Shown here: in pieces, positions 45,440-53,572 of the stretch | Layout: each line of letters opens with the position of its first letter | How positions within the stretch are numbered: the stretch's first letter is position 1 | Virus record (IMG/VR): IMGVR_UViG_3300031705_000005 | Coordinates: 1 to 53,572 of that record | DNA length: 53,572 nucleotides | Strand: one strand, 5' to 3' | Origin: a virus | Lineage: Duplodnaviria; Caudoviricetes | Notes under the pieces: generated by a model | Told to the model about the DNA's origin: nothing | Database searches by the model: none | The model's input: only the letters and a program-made list of their open reading frames with translations | Translations under genes and position numbers: made by a program

Positions 45440-46375
45440 ATGGAAGATAGACTATTAACCTTACTGGAATCGGTGATAGGTGTTTCGAAGAAAACATCGG
45501 GAAATAACTATGCGTTTTACTCTCCATTCGTAGACCACTACAAGCCAAAGTTAGAAATTAACATTAAGTTAAACGCTGAGGGTAATAACCCATGGCACTG
45601 TTGGATATCGGATGAAAAGGGTAAGACTATTAATTCACTATTCAGAAAGCTAAAGGTATCTAAGGATGTTTGGGATGAGCATAACTCAATATTCAGTAAG
45701 AAATACAAATATCAAACTACACCCACTACTGAGCAAGTTGATACTGTAGTAACACTTCCAGCTGAATACCAACCATTATGGAAATCAACCACATCGGTAT
45801 ATAGAAAGCATGCGTTAAATTACTTAGATAAGAGGGGAGTTTCCCCATCTGATATTGTTAAGTATAATATTGGGTTTTGTGAGGAAGGTGTTTATAAGAA
45901 CAAAATAATCGTACCATCATACGATTCCAGTGGTAGATTGAATTATTTTGTAGGTAGAAGTTTTTATGAAAGTGCATACAAACATAAGAATCCTGATGCA
46001 TCTAAAGATGTAGTTGGATTTGAGATGCTTGTTAATTGGGATTTACCAATTGTTATATGTGAGGGTGTTTTTGACGCAATCGCAATTCGTATGAACGCAA
46101 TACCGCTATTTGGTAAATCACCACAATCGGAATTACTTAAACAAATACTATCTAAGGGTGTAAAGAAAATTTACATCGCATTAGATTCGGATGCATTCAC
46201 CAACGCACTAAGATTCGCACAGAATCTAATGAATGAGGGGATTGATGTCCATATAATAGAAATGAACGATTCAGACCCATCGGATTTAGGGTTTGATGAT
46301 TTTTATAAATTAATGATGAATACAAAAGAACTTACTCTAATGAAATTAATGGAGTACAAGCTAATGGGAGTATGA
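45440..46375 (+). CDS. DnaG-type DNA primase
   Basis: YL..RG, YFVGR, TOPRIM CEGVFDA and ALDSDA, DPSD; degenerate Zn-binding N-terminus. Confidence 0.88.
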   Translation: MEDRLLTLLESVIGVSKKTSGNNYAFYSPFVDHYKPKLEINIKLNAEGNNPWHCWISDEKGKTINSLFRKLKVSKDVWDEHNSIFSKKYKYQTTPTTEQVDTVVTLPAEYQPLWKSTTSVYRKHALNYLDKRGVSPSDIVKYNIGFCEEGVYKNKIIVPSYDSSGRLNYFVGRSFYESAYKHKNPDASKDVVGFEMLVNWDLPIVICEGVFDAIAIRMNAIPLFGKSPQSELLKQILSKGVKKIYIALDSDAFTNALRFAQNLMNEGIDVHIIEMNDSDPSDLGFDDFYKLMMNTKELTLMKLMEYKLMGV

Positions 46376-49300
46376 GGAAAATAACTAAAATTAAATACGC
46401 TGGAAAGATAATTAAGATTTATCATATAGCAGATGTGCATATTAGAAATTTAAAAAGACACTCTGAATATAGAGAGGTATTTGAGAATTTATATAAACAT
46501 ATCGAAGAAACAAAAACGGATGATTCAATTATAGTTTTAGCAGGTGATATAGTTCACGCTAAAACTGATATGACACCTGAAGTAATAGAAATGACACAAA
46601 CATTTCTAAAAACATTATCGGATTTACTACCAACGGTATTAATACCAGGGAATCACGATGCAAACTTAAATAACCCATCGAGGTTAGATGCACTAACTCC
46701 AATTGTTAATGCGCTAAATCATTCAAATTTACATTATCTAAAAGATGATGGTGTATGGGAAATGGGTGGATTGACATTTTCACATTCATCGGTATTCGGT
46801 GAATCAAAGGAAATAATCCCATCGGATGAAGTTGATGGTGATTTTAAAATAGCACTATATCACGGGCCTGTAGATAGAGTTGAAACAGAACATGGATTCC
46901 AAATTGAGAATAAAAATGTAAACGTAGAATCATTTGATGGTTACGATTTAGTTCTATTGGGAGATATTCACGTCCCAAACCAATCACTAAATTCAGAGGG
47001 TACTATTAAGTATTGTGGTTCAACTATTATGCAAAACCACGGAGAAGCTAAATACCCAGAGCATGGTATCTTAGTATGGGATGTTCCAACTAAAAAATCT
47101 GAGTTCGTTCCTATTCACAATGATTATGGGTACGTTACAGTAGATGTAGAGGGTGGAACTATAGTTGGTAACCCAATCATACCAAATAAGCCTAGAATGA
47201 GGGTTAGAGTGAAGGATACAACTCAATCTGATTTAAAGAAACTATTATCGGATATTAGAGTTGGTAGAAAGGTACAAGAAGTTGCTATCCAAAAGGTAAT
47301 AACTGATACAAAGGATTCAAACGGAAGTGGTTCTGTGATTTTACAAAACGTAAGAGATGTAGGGTTTCAGAATAAACTTATTGAAGATTTCCTATCAGAC
47401 CGATTTGTGGTAAGTGATGAGCATTTAGAGGTAATTCGTAATATAAATACCGATATAAACTCTAAACTAACACCAGCCGTTGGTATGAAGAATATTATGT
47501 GGAAACCAAAAACATTTGAGTTTTCTAATATGTTTTCATATGGAAGTGATAACACAATAGACTTCAGCCAAATGAAAGGTACATATGGAATCTTTGCTCC
47601 AAACGCTAGTGGGAAATCATCTCTATGGGATGCACTTTCATTTTGTATATTTGATAAATGTTCCCGAACGGCTAAAGCACTTGATGTTTTAAATTATTCA
47701 AAGAATTCATTTGAATGTAAGTTTAACTTCGAAATCAACGGAATTGATTATTTTATTGAACGTGTTGCTAAGAAATCACCAAAGCGTGGTACTGTTAAAG
47801 TTGATGTTAATTTCTTCAGAATAAATGAAGATGGGGATACTGAATCATTAAATGGTGAAGAGCGTAGAGAAACAAATTCAATAATTAGACAGTATGTAGG
47901 TTCATATGAGGACTTTACGTTAACTGCGATGTCAAATCAATCTAATAATAGCGGGTTCATTGAGAAAACACAAAAAGAAAGAAAAGAGTTATTAGCTCAA
48001 TTCTTAGACATGGATGTATTTGAGGAGTTATATTACGTTGCAAACGAAGAAATCAAAGAATTAAGTACTTTACTTAAAGATTATAAGAATCAAAACTTCA
48101 CAGAGAAATTAGCAGAAGCTAAGGATAGTTTAGTAGAAAATGAATCTGTGTTAGCTGGAGTACAATCTAAGTTAGATACACATCGTGTATCGAAAGTGAA
48201 GATATCTTCACAAATTGAGTTATTAATTCAAAAGTTAATATCAGTAGATTCTACTATAATTGATATCAAAAAGTTAAAGATTCTCAGAGATTCATATAAA
48301 TCTTTATCAGAATCAAAGATTGATGAGTGTAGTAAATTTGCCGATACATTGGTGTTCACGTTGGATTCTCTATCAAAAGTAGAAACGGAATATGATACAT
48401 ATGATTTGCCTGATTTAAAGCAAAAGCATTTAAGATTCGTTAGATTCACTAATTTGAAATTAGATATACAGTCTATCATTACTAAGTTGGATTCTGATAT
48501 ATTGCATAAACAGACTCATTTAGATGGGATTGGTTCATTATCATTCGATGATGGGTGTGAGCATTGTATAGCAAATAAAAACACACCATTCGCAGAACAA
48601 GCGAAGACATTGGAAATTGATATTGCTGACTTAACTAAACTCAAAAAAACAAAATCGGCTGAACTTGCTGATGTTACTATCAATAAAATCAAATTTGATG
48701 TTACATCTACATTAGAGGTAGTTGGTAACTTAAAAGTTCAAATTGATAATTATGAGAATAAAATTGATAGATTGGAGTTAGAAAGTAAGTCGTGTAATTT
48801 AGAATTAACTGAACTACATTCCCGAGCAACTGCAATTAATGTCGATATTCAAACTTCAAAAGAGCAGAGAGAATCCGTAGAGTATAACACCACAATTCAA
48901 TTTGAAATTGATAGTTGGAAAGAAAACCTAAAAGAAATAGATGAACTTATTGATGAAACTAATGGTGAGTTAATTGATGTAAGTGGTAATATTCGTATTG
49001 CTAAGAACACAATTGAAACGGTTGATGATTCAATTAATAAGTTAGATTATATGGAACGTAAGTATGAGGGGTATGAGTATTACCTTAAATGTGTTAAGAG
49101 GGATGGGATACCATACGAACTAATATCAGATGTATTACCTAAGTTAGAAGTTGAAATTAATAATATATTACAACCCATAGTGGACTTTCAGATACTACTT
49201 AATACCGATGGGAAAAACATTAACTCATACATCGCATATGGTGATGAGGAGTATTGGCCGTTAGAATTGACAAGTGGTATGGAGAAGTTTATATCATCGG

Positions 49301-49545
49301 TGGCAATTCGTACCGCTCTAATTAACGTTTCAAACTTACCAAGACCAAACTTCATTGCAATTGATGAAGGATTCGGTTCATTAGATAGTGATAATTTCAA
49401 CTCTCTATATTTATTATTTGATTACCTAAAGAGTCAGTTTGATTTTTTAGTAACAATTTCCCATATCGATAAGACGCGGGATATGGTAGACCAGATTATA
49501 GATATATCAAAAGTTGATGGATTTTCATCTATTAGATATTTATAA
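46372..49545 (+). CDS. Fused SbcD/Mre11 nuclease - SbcC/Rad50 ATPase (gp47-gp46-like)
   Basis: ADVH, GDIVH, GNHD, GDIH; Walker A APNASGKS, coiled coil with CEHC hook, TSGME signature, IAIDEGFGSLD, ISH. Confidence 0.93.
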   Translation: MRKITKIKYAGKIIKIYHIADVHIRNLKRHSEYREVFENLYKHIEETKTDDSIIVLAGDIVHAKTDMTPEVIEMTQTFLKTLSDLLPTVLIPGNHDANLNNPSRLDALTPIVNALNHSNLHYLKDDGVWEMGGLTFSHSSVFGESKEIIPSDEVDGDFKIALYHGPVDRVETEHGFQIENKNVNVESFDGYDLVLLGDIHVPNQSLNSEGTIKYCGSTIMQNHGEAKYPEHGILVWDVPTKKSEFVPIHNDYGYVTVDVEGGTIVGNPIIPNKPRMRVRVKDTTQSDLKKLLSDIRVGRKVQEVAIQKVITDTKDSNGSGSVILQNVRDVGFQNKLIEDFLSDRFVVSDEHLEVIRNINTDINSKLTPAVGMKNIMWKPKTFEFSNMFSYGSDNTIDFSQMKGTYGIFAPNASGKSSLWDALSFCIFDKCSRTAKALDVLNYSKNSFECKFNFEINGIDYFIERVAKKSPKRGTVKVDVNFFRINEDGDTESLNGEERRETNSIIRQYVGSYEDFTLTAMSNQSNNSGFIEKTQKERKELLAQFLDMDVFEELYYVANEEIKELSTLLKDYKNQNFTEKLAEAKDSLVENESVLAGVQSKLDTHRVSKVKISSQIELLIQKLISVDSTIIDIKKLKILRDSYKSLSESKIDECSKFADTLVFTLDSLSKVETEYDTYDLPDLKQKHLRFVRFTNLKLDIQSIITKLDSDILHKQTHLDGIGSLSFDDGCEHCIANKNTPFAEQAKTLEIDIADLTKLKKTKSAELADVTINKIKFDVTSTLEVVGNLKVQIDNYENKIDRLELESKSCNLELTELHSRATAINVDIQTSKEQRESVEYNTTIQFEIDSWKENLKEIDELIDETNGELIDVSGNIRIAKNTIETVDDSINKLDYMERKYEGYEYYLKCVKRDGIPYELISDVLPKLEVEINNILQPIVDFQILLNTDGKNINSYIAYGDEEYWPLELTSGMEKFISSVAIRTALINVSNLPRPNFIAIDEGFGSLDSDNFNSLYLLFDYLKSQFDFLVTISHIDKTRDMVDQIIDISKVDGFSSIRYL
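49536..49543 (+). promoter_or_regulatory. Candidate late promoter ATATTTAT
   Basis: 28 nt before ATG 49572. Confidence 0.5.
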
Positions 49546-49571
49546 TAAACAAAAGAATATATGGAGTGTAA

Positions 49572-52500
49572 ATGCCGTTAATATTTAAGAAAGTAGCAAG
49601 AGAAGATTTAAGTAAGAGTTTAGCGATGGTTAGTGATAATTCACCAACATCACCACAATTCTTCAGAGTATCAGATGTACCGCAGGTTTTAACCAAAGGT
49701 AAGAATTTACTACGGATATCAGCACATCCTACTAACTTAGTGGATAACTCCCCTATATTAGTAGATGTGCGTGATTCTAATGGTAACCCTATTTATTTTG
49801 AAATTCCTGATTATTTAGAGGAAGATAAAAGTAGGGTGATTTCTATTTGGATTTATCACGATAAGGGTGATGATAATACACCAAATGGTGATGCTGTCAT
49901 TACATTGATGGGTATATCAAAAGTTGATATGAGCGGTTCATCGGTGCCAGCTGAGTGGATGGGTAAACCAAATGTAAAATGGCAAACTGTAGTTAATGTT
50001 GACCGTAATCGGCAAAACACATCAACTGTAATATTCAAATCTGATAATACGCCTGTTGTATTTATTTCTGAAAGTATAGAATCATATTCAAATTTACCAT
50101 CGAATGGGACTGGGGTTGAACTCACAACATTAACGGGTTTAAGTGCATCTTACATAAATAAGGGTACAACTCCGATTATTCAATTAGATAAGGGTAGTGC
50201 TACTTCGTTCAATTCTGAAATGGTAGGTTCTTCAATTATATTATCATCATTTGTAAAACCAGCAACTCCAATAGCAACGAAGGTAAACGCATTAAGCTCT
50301 ACATTCTATAGCGCATCAATATCAAAGGTAATAAATTCTAATACCATATTGCTGGAAACTCCGTTTACAACTTCATTCGATGGGTATGTTAATGAAACAC
50401 ATACATACGATGCCATAGAATCAGCTACATTTAATATACAGTACTTTCATAGTGGTTCAAATACCACAACGGAAAATCAACGCTCATTTGCTAATCTTAC
50501 TTTAAATTCAATCGACCCGATAGCCGGTGTAGTTGATAAGGTAAAGATACTGATAAAATCCGATGGATTGCCTGGTGATTATGAATTATTGAATGAGGTA
50601 ACAATCCCATTCAGCTCATCGATTAATGTAAAAGTACCAATCCCATCAGAAAACTTAGATGACCCAAAGCGATTAAAAATACAATACTTAAACGCATCCG
50701 GTGGAATTTCACGAACTGAAAGTGTAACTGAACCATTCGTATTCGCTGGTGGTAATTCTTACATTGGTGGTTCGAATAACCTTATAAGTGGTTCTATGTT
50801 TATCTCCAATGCAGTTGGGACTGGAATTGAAATGGGTGGAGTATCATCCGGATTTATTCGCTCAGTTGGATTTGATGGGAAAACCAACGCTGCAGCAGGA
50901 ACGGCACCCGGTGGATTTATAATCTATAGTGGTTCTGGTAATATGCAGATGGGGGAAGATACTCTTCATGGTGTAGGTATGCAGATGGTTGGTGATAATG
51001 ATGATAGGCATTTCATATTTTCAACGCATGATGGTGGTAATTTAGATATTAAAACTGATAAATTCTACATTGGTACAAACGATACTCAATTCATAAGTGG
51101 TTCTAATAATAACATTGAAATCAGTTCATCCTTATTTCACTTAGACCCAAAAAACAATAAATTAATAATTGGAGCAGGTACTGTAATAAACGCTGATTTA
51201 TCAGTTAATTCATTATTCACTCCAGCGACAATTGATGGTAATCAATCCACAATATTAAACGCATCATCATCAATCACATCAGATGGTTTCGCTAAATTCA
51301 CATCCGCTAGTATCGGTGGTTGGGATATAACATCCAATTCTATTGAAGGTGGTAATCTTTTAATGAAGCCGGAAGGTATATTACAAACAAAGGATTTCGC
51401 TAGTGGTTTAAAGGGTTGGAAGATATCATCGGCTGAAGGTGGTACTGCTGAATTCGAAAATGTTCGAATTAGAGGTACAATGAGAACTACTACATTCGAA
51501 AAGGAATCGGTTAATGCCGTTGGTGGTCAGTTATGGATTGCTAACTCAACAACAACAACAGGCTCAGTATCAGCTACTGATACAACGATGTCTGTGAAAA
51601 ATGTAAAGGGATTTGTAAGTGGTGAGGTATTATTAGCAAAGAGAGTTGATAGTACTGGATTCCAAACGGAATATATATTAGTTAATTCATCATCTATTGA
51701 GGGTAACCAAAGTAACGAAGATGAGAACTACGGTAACATTTATGTAACCCGAGCACATGGTAGTGGTTCAACTGGGAATTATGTAGGTGATATAGCATCA
51801 TCGGCTCAATCATATGAAGATGGGCAAGTTGTTGTATCTACTGGGAAAATTGGGACTGGGTATATTAAATTAAACGCTAATCCATCTGACACCGCTACAC
51901 CTTATATGGATATAGTTGAAAGAACCGGGTCATCTATATACGATGTAGCACTTGCTACTCGAATTGGTGATTTAAGTGGTTTAGCTGGCTCCGATTATGT
52001 TTTTGGTAACCCAACACCGGGGTATGGATTGGCTACAAATAACGTATTCCTACAAGGTGGGATACGGGCTAACACAGGTTCAATTGCTGGAATCAAAATG
52101 GATGCAGGTAAATTATTTACCGGAACAGGAACACATAACAATTCTAATACTGGGTTCTATATAGATTCGGATTCAAACATGTCACTTGGTGATAAGTTGG
52201 TTTGGGATGCATCCGCTCAGAGTTTATCAATATCAGGTTCGAACGCAACAATAGAAGTTGATACATTCTTTGTAGGTAAAAAAACATCACAGTATATTAG
52301 TGGTTCGAATGGGAATATTGAAATCAGTTCATCAAACTTCCATTTAAATAACAATGGTGATGTAACAATGCAGGGGACTGTAACCGCAACTGCTGGTAAA
52401 ATTGGTGGTATTAGTATGGGTTCTGGGAAACTATTTACCGGAGTGGGGACGCATAATAATTCTAATACCGGGTTCTATGTAGATTCTGAATCAAATCTAT

Positions 52501-53572
52501 CACTTGGCTCCAAATTAGTATGGGATGCTGACGATAGTACATTAACAATAACAGGTCATCTTAATTTAGCTAGTGGGATATCGGTTGAAGAATCCATTAA
52601 TTCGGTTACTGAATCGTTTACTGCTAAATCATTAACAATAGGAGTTGATTCTCAAGTATACGCATTTGATGATAATACTGATAATACAGCATCTCCTGAT
52701 AATATAATATTCACAATTTCACAACAGAACCTTTCATCAGATGTAATTGCTAGTGATATTATAATTACAAAAGCCGGTGGTGGTGTTATATCTACTCCGA
52801 ATGTAAGTGGTACAATATCAAGTGGTTCAGGTCAATTGACTGGTGCTATTTCATATAAAAATTTATCACTTTCTAAATCCGATTTACCATTAGCGGTAGT
52901 AGTTTCAAAAGATACTATATCAGATACAACCACTATTTTTAAAGTAGAAGGTGGTACTGATGGTACTGCTGGTAGTAAGGGTAATGCTGGAGCAGATGCA
53001 CTAACCACATTCTTAACCAACGAATCACATACGTTTGCATCAGCATACGATGGGAATGTTGTGAGTTTTGTGGGTGGTTCGACTGATATGGTGGTTTATC
53101 AAGGTATTACTGATGTAACTACACAATTCACAATTTCAGCATCAAATGGTATTGGGGTAACCTCGACCACATCCCCATCGGGGACAGTAACCGTAAATAC
53201 ATTAACTCACGATAGTGGTTCTGTAATAATTACAGCAACATCTGCTAGTGTTAGTTTAACTAAAACCATGTCGCTATCTAAATCAAAGCAGGGTGATGGG
53301 GGTGTTGATGGAATAACCCCTGTAAAGGGGACTGACTATTTCGATGGTTCGGATGGAATATCACCCGTTAAAGGTGTTGACTATTTCGATGGTTCGAATG
53401 GAACTGATGGTTCGAATGGAATATCACCCGTTAAAGGTGTTGACTATTTCGATGGTTCGGATGGAATATCACCCGTTAAGGGTGTTGACTATTTCGATGG
53501 TTCGGATGGTTCGAATGGAACTGATGGTTCGAACGGAATATCACCCGTTAAAGGTGTTGATTATTTCGATGG
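49572..53572 (+). CDS. 3'-truncated giant tail fibre / virion protein (>1330 aa)
   Basis: ATG 49572 (MPLIFKKVAR...); the same frame reads cleanly at the window end; S/G/T-rich, internal repeats, collagen-like GxxGISPVKGVDYFD repeats. Absent from the track because it has no stop. Confidence 0.85.
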   Translation, partial: MPLIFKKVAREDLSKSLAMVSDNSPTSPQFFRVSDVPQVLTKGKNLLRISAHPTNLVDNSPILVDVRDSNGNPIYFEIPDYLEEDKSRVISIWIYHDKGDDNTPNGDAVITLMGISKVDMSGSSVPAEWMGKPNVKWQTVVNVDRNRQNTSTVIFKSDNTPVVFISESIESYSNLPSNGTGVELTTLTGLSASYINKGTTPIIQLDKGSATSFNSEMVGSSIILSSFVKPATPIATKVNALSSTFYSASISKVINSNTILLETPFTTSFDGYVNETHTYDAIESATFNIQYFHSGSNTTTENQRSFANLTLNSIDPIAGVVDKVKILIKSDGLPGDYELLNEVTIPFSSSINVKVPIPSENLDDPKRLKIQYLNASGGISRTESVTEPFVFAGGNSYIGGSNNLISGSMFISNAVGTGIEMGGVSSGFIRSVGFDGKTNAAAGTAPGGFIIYSGSGNMQMGEDTLHGVGMQMVGDNDDRHFIFSTHDGGNLDIKTDKFYIGTNDTQFISGSNNNIEISSSLFHLDPKNNKLIIGAGTVINADLSVNSLFTPATIDGNQSTILNASSSITSDGFAKFTSASIGGWDITSNSIEGGNLLMKPEGILQTKDFASGLKGWKISSAEGGTAEFENVRIRGTMRTTTFEKESVNAVGGQLWIANSTTTTGSVSATDTTMSVKNVKGFVSGEVLLAKRVDSTGFQTEYILVNSSSIEGNQSNEDENYGNIYVTRAHGSGSTGNYVGDIASSAQSYEDGQVVVSTGKIGTGYIKLNANPSDTATPYMDIVERTGSSIYDVALATRIGDLSGLAGSDYVFGNPTPGYGLATNNVFLQGGIRANTGSIAGIKMDAGKLFTGTGTHNNSNTGFYIDSDSNMSLGDKLVWDASAQSLSISGSNATIEVDTFFVGKKTSQYISGSNGNIEISSSNFHLNNNGDVTMQGTVTATAGKIGGISMGSGKLFTGVGTHNNSNTGFYVDSESNLSLGSKLVWDADDSTLTITGHLNLASGISVEESINSVTESFTAKSLTIGVDSQVYAFDDNTDNTASPDNIIFTISQQNLSSDVIASDIIITKAGGGVISTPNVSGTISSGSGQLTGAISYKNLSLSKSDLPLAVVVSKDTISDTTTIFKVEGGTDGTAGSKGNAGADALTTFLTNESHTFASAYDGNVVSFVGGSTDMVVYQGITDVTTQFTISASNGIGVTSTTSPSGTVTVNTLTHDSGSVIITATSASVSLTKTMSLSKSKQGDGGVDGITPVKGTDYFDGSDGISPVKGVDYFDGSNGTDGSNGISPVKGVDYFDGSDGISPVKGVDYFDGSDGSNGTDGSNGISPVKGVDYFD
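53307..53572 (+). repeat. In-frame tandem repeat encoding DGISPVKGVDYFDGS with variable Gxx spacers
   Basis: Five copies of GGAATATCACCCGTTAAAGGTGTTGACTATTTCGATGGTTCG (first diverged, last cut by the window edge). Confidence 0.92.

Noticed and set aside
526-53020. All minus-strand ORFs in the track
   Set aside because: They are antisense shadows of well-supported + strand genes or RNAs, with no recognisable motifs or own promoters.
1-53572. Stop-codon reassignment
   Set aside because: Long genes are intact under the standard code, TAA, TAG and TGA all end genes, and no suppressor anticodon is present.
49572-53572. Diversity-generating retroelement acting on the tail fibre
   Set aside because: No reverse transcriptase and no adenine-specific template/variable repeat pair in the window.

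Overview
A 53.6-kb AT-rich fragment of a large, probably lytic dsDNA phage with myovirus/T4-like modules. It most likely infects a Bacteroidota (Flavobacteriia-like) host, inferred from -33/-7 type promoters, Shine-Dalgarno-less A-rich starts and a DUF4494-like gene. All credible genes are on the + strand. Layout: (i) 1-21.7 kb early/accessory region with many small hypothetical ORFs, a metallophosphoesterase, thymidylate synthase, a cytidylyltransferase, a HExxH-vWA plus MoxR AAA+ pair, UV-damage endonuclease and a HAD phosphatase, driven by 13 of the window's 15 copies of one rigidly spaced promoter; (ii) 21.8-26.1 kb ClpP, GroES, HD protein and a gp55-like sigma factor; (iii) 26.1-44.2 kb baseplate/virion genes; (iv) 44.2-49.5 kb membrane proteins, T7 endonuclease I-like resolvase, primase and a fused SbcD-SbcC; (v) a truncated giant tail-fibre-like gene. 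The strongest candidate for an undescribed system is non-coding. It comprises a ~470-nt ornate RNA (4044-4514) whose ~90-nt pseudoknotted domain recurs, with compensatory changes, as a stand-alone unit in the tRNA cluster (9563-9662); a 6S-like rod RNA; and a tandem array of three non-canonical tRNA-Gly(UCC)-like genes, two with GGCAGUU T-loops, each preceded by a copy of a second covarying RNA motif. Other signals: Pho-box-like TTAACA-N5-TTAACA operators at a fixed distance from early promoters, an ATATTTAT candidate late promoter, and frequent [S/T]-x-S tripeptides in virion proteins. All structures were paired by eye, and no database searches were run.
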